Shown: positions 23,785 through 37,062 of the stretch, piece by piece | How the letters are laid out: each line of letters begins with the position of its first letter | Position numbering within the stretch: position 1 is the stretch's first letter | Origin: Bugula neritina | Lineage: Eukaryota; Animalia; Bryozoa | Direction: 5' to 3' | DNA length: 64,000 nucleotides | Assembly: GCA_964035545.1 (NCBI GenBank) | Contig: OZ037765.1 | Location: forward strand, 35,178,080 to 35,242,079 | Program-made: the position numbers and the translations under genes | The notes under the pieces: model-generated | Seen by the model: only the letters and a program-made list of their open reading frames with translations | Told to the model about the DNA's origin: nothing | The model's database searches: none

Positions 23785-23960
23785 CTGCTTGCTTTGTTGT
23801 CTTGAGTTGAAGAAAAGACGGTGGATCAGATATCACCGAAAGGGAAGGTGAAAATATATTCTTTAGTCAACTGCGTCAAGTTGAATGAACAGTACGGAGC
23901 GCATGCAGCTACTGAGCTTAACACCGCCGTGCTGTGACCGGATCACGTGACTCGCATTAC
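23785..23960 (-). promoter_or_regulatory. Possible non-coding first exon / promoter region of prominin
   Basis: Minus-strand CAG|GTTAGT donor near 23785; local CpG-richer patch with GCGCATGC (~23898) and E-box TCACGTGA (~23943). Inference only. Confidence 0.3.
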
Positions 23961-24717
23961 TGGGCAACTAACAAACATATTATTGACCACTTTGTCTTTA
24001 GTGGGACTGAGAACGACACGAGTGAATGCTGCTAACAGCTATTTATTTAAAGTAATCATTCATTGAAGTTGTAGCTCCCTGTAATATTGATTTTATTGTG
24101 AACATTGCCTACACCTAGTTAAATCAGTAAAGTGGAGACTTTCTAAAGCCTTTATTTAAGTTTGAAGACTACAATTAACCCTGAAACAAACAACCTTAAA
24201 ATTAACAATGTGCTGAATTCCTTCTGTTTTTCAAGCTACTAGTTCTAAATGCTACACCAGTTGTCTATTATAAGTATCAGTTTGTTGCTTTTATCTCTTT
24301 CACAACCTTAATGACAAAAAATGGCCCACTGTGCCCCAGTACCGGGTACAATGGGCTACTGGGTGGGACTCAACAAATGTAGTAATACTTTGCTGATTTG
24401 GTTGCATCTGATATTTATAAATACACAAGTAAATAAAAATAATCTTTCATATCTATAGCAAAACCCATGTTTTACCTGTACAGTTTGTGGCACCACAGAT
24501 AGCAGGGGGAGGCAAATCAACAAAACTACAATGGCTGAATAATTATGTCAATACCTTTTTATTAAAGAAAATTACAACTCTAAGTCAATAAGTTCTCTCA
24601 CAATTTGACCGGTTTGTTGCACCCCTATGACTGTTGTGCCCACCAAAAATTATGCAGTGCTACAAAAAAATAATAAATAGACTGTATTAGAAGTTGTCAC
24701 CACTTTACAACCTGAGC

Positions 24718-24911
24718 ATACACACACACACGCACACGCACACGCACACGCACACACAGGCACACGCACACGCACACGCACACGCACACGCACACGAATG
24801 CGCGTGCGCACACACACACACACGCGCACACACACACGCGCACGCACACACGCACGCACGCACGAACACACACACAGTAAATAGAAAGTAATTTAGTATA
24901 ATATATTATAG

Positions 24912-24982
<71 letters not shown>
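24718..24982. repeat. Compound (CA)/(CACG) microsatellite followed by (TA)n
   Basis: Seen directly. Confidence 0.95.
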
Positions 24983-24984
<2 letters not shown>

Positions 24985-25008
24985 CATATTGTATAATATA
25001 TTATAGAA

Positions 25009-25672
25009 ACAGAATAACAGAGTATAGGAAAGGTTACCTTATCAGAGGATATACTAAGTAATGTTTACATTAACTGATAGTGAGTGGTTAAGTAACTGAG
25101 TACAGTTCAAATTCCAACCTTAAATACATTATAGCATGACAAACTAACATGACTATTATATAATACTATAATATACTATACAATATGACTGTATAATACT
25201 ATAATATACTATACAATATGACTATATAATGCTATAATATACTATACAATATGACTATATAATACTATAATATACTATACAATATGACTATATAATACTA
25301 TAATATACTATACAATATGACTCGATATAATACTATACTATACTATACAATATGACTATATAATACTATAATATACTATACAATATGACTCGATATAATA
25401 CTATAATATATTATATAACATGACTAGATATAGTACTATAGTATATTATACAATATTACTATATGTCATGTTGTATAGTATATTATAGTATTATATAGTC
25501 ATATCGTATAGTATATTATAGTATTATATAGTCATATTAGTATATCATGCAAGTGTATTTAATGTTGGAGTTTGACCTGTACTCAGTTACTTAACCACTC
25601 ACTATCAGTTAATGTAAACATCACTTAGTATATAATCTGATAAGGTAACTTTACTATACTCTGTTACTCTGT
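25009..25672. mobile_element. Foldback/MITE-like palindromic element: ~130-bp imperfect terminal inverted repeats enclosing inverted arrays of a 28-bp unit
   Basis: ACAGAATAACAGAGTATAGG...CCTTAAATACA at 25009-~25130 is the reverse complement of TGTATTTAATG...CTCTGTTACTCTGT at ~25550-25672; inner TATGACTATATAATACTATAATATACTA units invert near 25450; no coding capacity. Confidence 0.75.
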
Positions 25673-25722
25673 AGTTACAGTCTACACAGTGTCACACAGG
25701 CACATAGTTTATTGAATACAGT

Positions 25723-28700
25723 ATGGAGTTTTCAGCAACAGGTGGGTGTGGCCATGGTTGATGTCTCAAACATTATAACATAAAAGAATATATTATATTA
25801 TATAATATAATATATTATATTATATTATATGTTATACTATAGCATTTAGGACTGTCATATTTCTGGGTTGTGATATGAACAAGATGGAGTCAAACATGTA
25901 CACAACAATGTTTTAACCAGAGAATGATTTTATTTAAATTAGAATCACTATCTATATATTTTATAAGTTTACCAGAAGATTTAAAATAACGATATGCGTG
26001 GGGTTACATCACTTCTATTTCTTATATCAGTCTATATTCAAGTCAGTAGACACACAGACAGACTACTTACTGTAGACACACAGACAGACTACTTACTGTT
26101 GACACACAGACAGACTACTTACTGTAGACACACAGACAGACTACTTACTGTAGACACACAGACAGAGTACTTACTGTAGACACACAGACAGACTACTTAC
26201 TGTAGACACACAGACAGACTATTTACTGTAGACAAACAGACAGACTAGTTACTGTAGACACACAGACAGACTACTTACTGTGGACGCACAGACAGACTAC
26301 CTACTGTAGACACACAGACATACTACTCACTGTAGACACACAGACAGACTACCTACTGTAGACACACAGACAGACTACAAACTGTATGTATTGGTATGCC
26401 ACCAATCGTTGAAGGTTTCTTGCTTTATTAATACATTCATCAAAAACTTTTATTAGCTGGCAGTACTGTTGCTATAGTTTACTGTCCTTAGCACAGCACA
26501 GGTCAGTGTGTTCTAATCAAACAGCCATAGAGAAGCATTTATTGACTTTCCTCTTTCAACAGACGGCTCACTACAATTGCTATAACATTATATGATCACA
26601 CAGTTTTATACTCCAACATTTACACTCTGAATAGACCATCAGTTTTGACATTGGGATGACAAAGAATCCTATCTGTGCATCAATATTGGTACGATTTGAT
26701 AGTCAATAAACTTAAGAATCTGTTGTCAAGTTGGCTAATAGATAAAGTACATCACATTCTAAGTCACCCAGATACTGTCACAGACCTGATACAGTACCAA
26801 TATTGATGAGGCTGACATGGACCGACAGGCCATAGTTCATCTCAAGAAGCAACGTACTACTCTAAGGTCTAAAGTAACAATGCTAGCTAATCTCATAGAA
26901 TCAGCATTCTCTAGTAGCAGCTCTACAAAAGTGAAGTGTCTGCGATCTCAGCTTGAATTTACATATCAAGAGTTTCTAACTATCCATTATGACTTTTCGG
27001 AATACGTTTCGTCAGATGAGTCCATGGAAGACATTGCTTACGTTAATAAGATGAGTCCAGTAGAGTACTATGAAGCTGTAAAGGCTATTTATGACAAACC
27101 TATTTCTGACTGTAATACTTAGCATAGCAAGTCACAGTCACAGAAAACCATAAATCTGATCCATCTGTGGTCCGGTCCGGTCTCCCAGAGAGCGGTATGG
27201 GTGGCTGGGGGTCACTTTCAGGGGGCGCGGGTCATGCACCGACTATGGTCGCGTCGGGTCAGTTGTCTTCTCCTAGATTACACCCTAGCACACGTGAGGT
27301 TACTCTTGCACCAAATCCAGATATCACAGCAAGCGGTAAGGACAGGCAGGTACTACGGAAAGACCATACATCCAGTGGAGCTTTGGCATCAAATCCAGCT
27401 GTCATAGCAAATGCCAATGTCAGAGATATTTTTTCTTCTAAATTTTCAAGACGTGATCTTCATGGTAATACTGATCGTGCAACTCATTCTAAATCTTTGA
27501 TTCAAGGCGCAACCTCCTCGGTTGTCAATGCATATGATAGCTACCCTAATGGAACAAGTCAAATAAATTATGACCCTAGACATACAGGTGGAAATAACTT
27601 CAATAGATCTATACATAAAACTTATTCGCAACTCAAGCCATTTAACGGAACTAGATGTCATTGGCCGGAATTTAGGTCAGTATGGCTAAGATATGCCACT
27701 ATGTTTTACGATGATGTCAACAGGGCTTGTGAATTAAAAAAATTTCTCACAGGCGAAGCTCTGGAGATGATTCAGCCAATCTTCGCAACTCAACCTCAAG
27801 CTTACGAGAAACTGATGTGTAGATTACAAGAGGTCTACAATGATCTTAGCATGAGTGTGCAAGCAGTCTTCAACAATCTACAAGAACTAAAGCTATTAAA
27901 GGAAGGAGATGCATGAGAACTCGCCAAAATGGCCAACGCAGTAGAAAGTTCGTACAGCCAACTCGGTGAAGCAGGACTTTTGCAAGCTTTTACGCTGTCA
28001 CAGGTCGATACTTGCAAACCTATTACCTACAAGCATTAGACGAGACTGGGATAGGCACTTTCACATACTTACTCACGAGGAGAGAATCAAGCCATTCCCA
28101 CACCTCATGAGGTTTCTAGAGCAGGAACGGCAAATAGCCCTCAGACGCATAGAAACAGTAAATCCGGAGTCCTCCAGCATGCATAAACAAAAGGTGAAAG
28201 TGTTCTACACTGAAAGCAGTGGCCCAAAATCTAGCAGTAACAGGTCTAATAATAATAACACAATCATTGATAGTAAGAATTACTGTTTTATTCATTGCAA
28301 TAAACGTCATTGTCTTGTTGAGTGCAGAAATTTCTTGGCGTTGTCTGTAGATGGAAGATACAAGTTATTAAAAACTAATTCTCTATGTGTTAGGCGATTG
28401 AGCGCCCATGAGCCTAAGTGCTGTCCAAATTTTTGAACCCCTTGTTCAGTCTGTAATAAAACAACTCACCATGTGTTATTGAGCATCAAATCAGCTGAAA
28501 CTGATACAAATACCAATTGTAATACCAAGTAAAAACTGATCAAATTAGGTACAAGAGTAGGGAGAATCCTGGAGCGTCTGCTGTTCGCACCAGGGTCTAT
28601 GTGTCTCCTAATCATGAAGTGCACAATCATCCAGGAAACACTACAGTACTTGCCATTCAGCAGGCCCAAGTTATAGTGGGTGCATCTCATACAGCTATTA

Positions 28701-31700
28701 TATTCTTCGGTGGAGGATTTAATGCTTCATTTATATTGGAGAGAGCTGCTAGAGCATGGGGTGCGTGACAGATAGATAAGGTGAACTTGGAAATGAACAC
28801 ACTTGGTGAACATAAAGTTAATGAAACTTCTACTATTTATAAAGTAAAGTTACAGACTACAAAAGGAAGGACTTATACCATTTTAGCTTACAGTCTTTGG
28901 AAACTCACAGGGGCTATCAGCAGGCCACTTGATGCAAACATCCTCAGATCTCTGTTTCCAAAAGTAGACACTAACAAGCTATTGAAGAAGACCGGACCTA
29001 TCGACCTGCTAATTGGTAACGATCTTCTTAGATTGCATCCAAAACACCAAGTTGATCAAGCAGGACCTCACCTCTATGTATATTCCGGACCCTTTGGACT
29101 GCGGCCCTTAACAACTTTTCTATGCTTCCATTTTCATCTTTCCATGTACAGGCTACCATGATGCATGAGAAGTTGGAGAAAGTTAAATTTTCTCAAAGCA
29201 TTGCCGACACGCTCAACGGCTGTGATCTGGACTTGTCTACAGTTTCTCTGCCGACCTACAGTGTCAATAGTCCCGACGCGTCTCCTAGTCAGTTTACAAG
29301 GTCATTTTCAAGGTCACCTGGTACAAGGCAAAGTAAATGTGACAGCTCTAGTAATAATAACTTTACCTGTGACAACGTATCACCTGGCAGTGTGTACTAC
29401 TTGGAGCAGGGATCTGAAGGTTATAATGTGAATATGAACACCTCAGTTGAAAAAGGTGAATCGAGTAATGATACAGTGTAGTCTCAGTTTCAAGCAAGCC
29501 ATTTATCCAGATAAAGGGTCAATTAGTAAATGAAGATGACTCCCCAGCCCTCCATGACTCGTGGGATGCAAAGGTCAACTTGAGCTCAACTTCGACCTCT
29601 GAGTCAACCAGTCAGGAGCTAGAAACATCTCCAAACCCAGCAAATCTCACATATAGTTTTAGCAATAATGACTGCAACCCCCGATCAACGTCACTAGAAC
29701 TATAGAAACTAGGCCTCAGGCTTTTATAAATTGTGGTGAATCTCAGACTACAGCCATTGGATTTTGTATGAATGAGTCAGCTGATGACTCAGACCAGTTA
29801 CAGAGCACTTTCTGCCCGGGAGAGCCAGACACTGAGTCTGCAGAACAAACCAGTTCTGAACAGTTGAACAGAACTTTAGAAGTCAATAACTCTATGCCCA
29901 TGTCTATAGAGAATAAGACAGAGTATGAAATTACTAGTAGTACCTCTATTACACATTCCACACCTGTCTCAGCCAATAAAAGGGCAGAATCTAAAGTGAC
30001 TGCTAAAGGGGTAAACAAAGCTCCAGCTAAATGCAGGAAATCCAGTCTACTGCAGGTAAAGAGTGGCAACTCGGACAAGCGACAATCTCTGCCTGCTTTT
30101 AGCAAACCTTCTAAACTTGCAAAACCACGGGAGAGCCTTTTACTGCCCCCACCCGCTACAAGGGACAAGTTAGATCTTCTCATCAAGCCTGTGATCCAGA
30201 AAAGTAAGCCTAAGAGTAAGTGGGCTGATGTAACTAAACAAATAGAGGAGAACACGAAGGGCCCACTTAAAGCTACACCTAGAAATATGCAGTCTAAATT
30301 ACACACATCTCCAGCCAGAAAGAATGTGGAAAGGTCACTGAGTGCATGCAGTAATACGTCACAACAAAGCCATGCATCTGCTGTGTCTACTAAGAAACCA
30401 CTGAAGATACAATGTTTATTACCTCCTATATCAGCCGGTGTAAAGAAAGATTTTAAAAAACCTCGGGCATCTCTCCTACCCGCTCTTTCATCTAAGCTGA
30501 AAGCTGACAGCAAAGCTTCTAAATCGGGTTTTGGATCCGCCACTGTTGCACCGCAGACAGCCCCAGTGTGCATGTGAATGGTACAGCACCCATCAATGTA
30601 ATCAATGGTAATGCAGCCAGTATACAGAGGGGTAGACCCCCGTCCCAGCAAACTGGCAGACTTCAGAAAGCAGCAACAGAGAAAGGCACCAGGAAGTCCT
30701 AAAGTCTGCTTCAAACTAGAGACTAGAGGAAATAACTAGACTGTGTGATGAGAAGAGTGTCTACAGCAGTGGACTAAAATTTGAGCTCTTATCTGCATGT
30801 CGCAGTGTAGAGAGTTTTGGAGTTGTCATACAGTGTCTAAGGAGAGTGGTAGAGGGGCAGAATATGAAGCTAGGTAAAGCTTGAGAATCTCAGCAACTGA
30901 TGGTAAAATCTTACAAATCAAACCACAGAATTAGAACTTCTAACACAAAACTATAAGGTAGTAGGAAAACTGAGAGACTATGTAGGCTGTAAAGACACTG
31001 TCATAACCCGCAGCTTGCGTAGGTTGGCTTTATCAACTGAGGTGAACGCATAAGTGACTGATCCACCTTATTGGCCGCGTGTACGCTCGAGTCGCTAGAA
31101 GAGGGTTCTCATTTGATCGTACCTTCGTGGGACTGGCTGGCGCCAAATTAAAGGAGTCAGTGGATCGGTGCAAAAATTTCATGATCTGTGACTGATTCTA
31201 TTTTTGTTTTAATTTACATAATTTATCAATATTTGTCAGAATAGTATCTGCAAAACAATTCGACCCCACCGATGTATTGGTATGCCACCAATCGTTGAAG
31301 CTTTATCTTGCTTCAACACATTCATCGAAAATTATTATTAGCTGGCAGTACTGTTGCTATATAGTTTACTGTCCTTAGCACAGCACAGGTCAGTGTGTTC
31401 TAATCAAACAGCCATAGAGAAGCATTTATTGACTTTCCTCTTTCAACAGACGGCTCACTACAATTGCTATAACATTATATGATCACACAGTTTTATACTC
31501 AAACGTTTACACTCTGAATAGACCATCAGTTTTGACATTGGGATGACAAAGAATCTTATCTGTGCATCAATATTGGTACGATTTGATAGTCAATAAACTT
31601 AAGAATCTGTTGCCAAGTTGGCTAATAGATAAAGTACATCACAATCTAAGTCACCCAGATACTGTCACAGACCTGATACACTGTAGACACACAGACAGAC

Positions 31701-33575
31701 TATTTACCGTAGACCCACAGACAGACTATTTACTGTAGACACACAGACAGAATACTTATAGTGTGTATAATGCTATTGTCAGCTCAACACAAACCTCAGA
31801 GTCACAGAGTGAAATTGGATATAAATAAGGTGTTTTGCTCAGTTATTCAGAGTTCATTTATTTGTGTAAATATCATATAATTGTAGAGAAATACAGAGTC
31901 TGGTTCAGACACTCTGGAGAAGAGCCACCTGATGATGAATGGTATCAAAGTGGCACAAGAAAATACACCATAGATGGTATAAAGAAGGAGGTTAAAGGTC
32001 ACACAATCACCCACATGATAGTAGATGGAGATCTACCATATAATATTCATCTACTGGCTCCAGAGCTGAGTCACCTGAGAGTGAAGAATGTCAAATCTGT
32101 CTCTAACCTGTCTGGGTAAGTATCCGATTATTATTAAGATGTTTAGGTAAAATAAAATAGGATGTTTTCAGTGGAGGTGCTAACATGTGAAAGTAGTCGG
32201 GTGGAACACATCAATACTAACCTTTTCACTACCAAACCAACATTCCTTGTTTTGTATCTGGAGGCAGAGTTCACATGATATGTAATTGTTTGAGTGATTG
32301 AAGTTTTTTATTTAAATTTTTACATAAAAATCCTGAGTAAAGATTGACATGTGGACAGAGCCTATGACACCATGTGTTGCTTTTCTGGAAATTTCTGATA
32401 TTCTCTGAGCTGACACTTTACAGCTAATTTTTAGGATGTAGACACTCTATGCTCTATAGTGTCCTCTTGACTCCAGTTCAGTCTGACAAATACAACTTTT
32501 TCTACAGTTTTGAAATTTAAAGATTTCAAAATCAGAGTTAGCTCCCAGGTTTTAAAAATTTGCTCTTTCATTCAATATTATTGTGTTTTATCAATTGAGT
32601 TATTACTATTCTGGTATAAATTAAACTTCAGTTAGGAATGATGAGCTGATGAAGATTAATCTACAGAGAGTGGTTATTGGCTGATGAGTTGTGTCTTTAG
32701 ATTTTTCTGTATCAGTTGGACCTGTCTTTGAGGTCAAAATAAAAAGAGGTCCTTTTGTTACACTAAATACTTATAAAATTATCTCCCAACTATAGATAGA
32801 CAAAAAGTTGAATATGTAATACATGTTGGCGCAGTGGTTTTGTAATGTATAACATGTTACATACAGTGTATAGTTTCTTAGACTAAAATAGTTGTATATG
32901 AAATAGACTAATATGTTGCTAGCTATTTCTTAGGACAATATAAAAACATAATTTTCTCTTATGTCTAAATACATTTCCGACTTTTCTAGTCAACAGAAAG
33001 TTAATTCATTAAGTTATTAGAAACATATTTCCAAGGTGTAATGCAGCTCAAAGTAACGGCTATCACATTGTACTTTTATTCCATTGCTTCTATACTACAT
33101 TTTATATAGATTTTAAGCATTTTAGATAGGTTTTGGCAAATAACCACAGTATAATAGTTTGAAATAATTTTTTATCCACTGTAGACATTTTTTACAAAGG
33201 CAGAGCAGCTTAATTGATTACTATACAACACCTAGGTATGTTAATTAATATCTAAATGTTGTGACAGATGAGAAAAGTGCCATGTCACAAGCATATAGCC
33301 ACCTTCTGCATGTCTTTTAATATTGTAACGTTTTGTTGTTGGGACATTACATGAGCTTGGAAAGCTTGTGGAATAATTACAGCTTTACTTGTATTATCAT
33401 AGCTAAATATATATATGTTAGCTACATTATGCTTTCCTACAATGATTTTTGCTATTACAGAATAGCTATATTTTTTTGACTGTTATATAAACCCAGCATT
33501 TTCTGTTATTCACTCTCCTTTCTCTTTTCATTCAGTTTGCGATAATAAACACACAAATATATACATATATATATT

Positions 33576-33657
<82 letters not shown>

Positions 33658-36600
33658 GTTTATTATCGCTGTGCTGCAGTAATTGTAGTTTATTTAAACA
33701 TGGAAAATGCTGGGAAGATACAAACACTCAGTCTCAGCTACTTAAGGCCAGCTCTCCTGTTTAGTTTTATACTTAATTCATGCTAATTTTTTCTTAATGG
33801 AGAAGTTAACATATTATGCAAGACCAGGTTTTTGATGAATGCCGACATGGTATTTTATCTTATTCTTATAATATATTATAAACATGTTTTTCCTGCAGTA
33901 TGTATACAACATAACAGTCTACAATGAGAGTAACTTTATTTTTATTAAAAAGCAATTGGATACTACAGATTTTACTTTCTCTGTCGGCACATTTCATTTG
34001 CTCTAGCACATTTATAAGGCTCTGTATGTACAACTATGTGGTGTATCAACTATAACGTATATAATATAGTACAAGTTTTGGTTACTATGGAATGTCTAAT
34101 CGAAAGGATCTGTACGCTGCTGGTTAAAACTCCCAATGTATTTCATGTTTTAGATTTTCTGATTAGCTTCTAATAAAGCATTCAGTATCATTTATTATAT
34201 TTGAAGTTTAAGGATTTTGTATAGATTATATGTAATAGTATCATTGCTTTCAATAGTGCAGTCAATGTTCCTCTGTATAAATGTTTATAGATGAAGTTTT
34301 ATTGTAAGTGTACAGCGTATATATAGTAGTTTATTCATTATTGAAAACAGCTAAGTGAGCCAGGAAACTTATTAGTAATGCATGTGGGGTAGAAAAAAAG
34401 CTTTCATATATATTTCTAAAGTCTGCTTATAATTTATTTTTTATAAATGATTCAAAAAACATTTTTACAGTATATATATTGTTCTGAATTTATATCGTTA
34501 GTTCACAATGCGTGTGGGTTATGTGTGTTTGAGCATGAAAAGACAAGACAAGACAAAAAAAAAATAATATGATACGCCAGGTATCCAGTTAGAATAGCCT
34601 ACAGAGGGCGACTCCTGACGATAAAAGAAAAGTCGGAAGATGCACTAAAATGTTATAGAGAATACAAAAGTGGCCGTGATAAAGAACCTCCACCCAAGAA
34701 AAAAAATAGACCAATGTTTTACACGACAAATAAAACTGTGCCCTGTGCGATAAAATGTTAAAAATGTACAAGAAGAAACACTGTCGGACTACGGCCCGAT
34801 ACTGATTAACACAGCAGAAAACAGCAGAAAGGCCCTGTAGCTAGGTCAGCTGAATGAGTAGCAATACAATATTGACAGCTACCCATCCAAAATATTAGAC
34901 AGAATGCAGATACTAACTACCTGTGACTGTCTGTCTACTACATAACAAGTCCTGCAGACGGGCAATCTTTAAGCTAGTCTGGTGGTGTTCATTGCCCGGA
35001 CGAGAGAAGCCCTCCTTCAATTTGTCAATTTGTGCCTGGATGTCCCTGTCGAGGATCTCACTGGGCTTAGGGGTTGTCTTGGTCTTTTGCATGTTCTCAC
35101 GACGGTAAACAGAATGAGGGACATTGCTGGCTAAGTTGCGGGTCTGCTGGTCAAGACTAGCTGCTACTACATGGAGGGGACGAGTCTCTATGACAGATAG
35201 AGGAGGGCCAACTAGATTCGGAAATGCATTTGCATTGCCAGAATCACTTTCTATGGCCGGCCTAGTGTTTGGGAAGCTTAGAAGAGAGAACTCTCTATGT
35301 GCTGATGATGGAACATGGAGAAGAATGAGATCTCAAAATTCAAGATCATTATTCTCATAGATGTGCCCTACATAACATCCAGCCGCTCAATAAAAATGAT
35401 GCATTCCACAGAGGCAGAATGTGACAGCAAAATGTTGTAGAACATGCAATTTCATTCTTTTCATAGTAGAAAAAATCCTGCGAGCTTTAGTACATTGTGT
35501 GTTTTGATCGGCCTGAGAATTGCCTGTATAAGTAACTTAATGTGTCAAGAGATCTATGCAAATTTATTTAATAATACTTGAGGTAGTTGAAATTAGCCCG
35601 TAGTAGCAGGAGCTTGTATGTGCCCCCTCTACCACTCCTAGGTCGGAGATTTTCTTACAGTTTACTCTGCAGCAAACTGTAGCCCAGGAGCACTCAGAGA
35701 TGATACAGCACTGCACCACCTGCAGTCCTCCCACAAAAGGCCTGCTAAATTTTTCAACACAAGCAAGCTCGCGCCTGTTAAAACCAATATGACACTTTTG
35801 ACTTTTTAAGAGCAGCATCCCATGGATGATATCCTCCTTCAGCTGACTGGCGATGAGAGTCTTGGTGATCACCTGATCACGGACTCATCTTGTCAGTTCT
35901 ATTACACCCTAGAATGAAAAACAAGATCCATCCGCCAATGTACCGTGTTTCCCTTCATATTGCTCTAGGTTGACCCTGTCTCGCGCGCTGTGTGTCAAAA
36001 AGACGTCTGCTCAGAAGGTTGGTAGTACACCCAGTGTCTAACAGGAATGTTGTAGCTTTGCCGGCAAAACTGCCTGACATTGAATAACTGCTTCCACATG
36101 GCTGGACGCTCTTTGAGAGGCTGATCTCTGGAGGCAGCACATCTTCTGCATTGAGTTTGGGATGCACCCCAGCTTTCTGATTGTGTGGGGTATTTGAGGC
36201 TCCGTGGGCAGTCGAGAGAAATCTTCCTCTTGCAATCTCTCAAAGTGATTTGTGAGTGGCCAAGGCCAAGCAGGAGGCATTGGCATACCTCAAAGTCTGC
36301 TAATTTTCTAGGGAGGCTTGCCACTCTGACGGAGGAGCCTCCTCACTTTACTGGGTTTGGGTCTAGGCATTGGTCTTAGAGCCGTTAACCGAGGCCCAGG
36401 GTGGACGAATTCTACCGCCGAGGTTTAATGACGTCCTCCTTGCGTGGGGACAGCTTTTCAGGAGGTGTCTTGCAGTACCACACTCCCAACAAGCAGAGGG
36501 GCGACCTCCAGCAGTAGCTGTCTTTGGCTGTGAAGGCTGTTCAGCTACTAATAGCTGTCAAAAATGCCTAACCTCAGCCAGCAGCTATTTGACAAGACTA

Positions 36601-37025
36601 GCTGTCAAGTTGGGTTCAGCAGCTGCTGTCGCTGATGTGGCTGTTGCCATGTGAGCGGGTACAGCTAAATTATATGGTGGCGGCTCGTCTTTGGCTTCTA
36701 TCTGCTAAGTATTCACCCCAGGCTAGGATGCACTATTGGCTTGAAAATAAGCACTCCCAAGCCGAAAGGCTCTCTCCATTGAGTCAATTTTGGTGACCAT
36801 CAAGTGTCGCTTCAAGTCAATGTTGTTGACTGTTTAAAGAAATGCCTCTAATGCAAGACTCCTCCAACCTTTTACTAGCATGTCGCCATAAGTGATTTGC
36901 ACCAGCCATTCGACTACAGTTACGTGTTCCCGCAGGGGCATTTTAGAATCACACTTAAACCCCTGCAGTCATGCATGCGCATCTTTAGTGGTGAGCCCGA
37001 TCCGAGCCCTCAACCCAACCCAACT

Positions 37026-37062
<37 letters not shown>

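Noticed and set aside
23013-24987. Repetitive ORFs (PQQVPSASALSKC, CVCV, IYIY)
   Set aside because: Translations of mini- and microsatellites
29743-30714. 323-aa minus-strand ORF inside the BEL-like element
   Set aside because: Antisense shadow of the S/K-rich plus-strand ORF; no recognisable motifs
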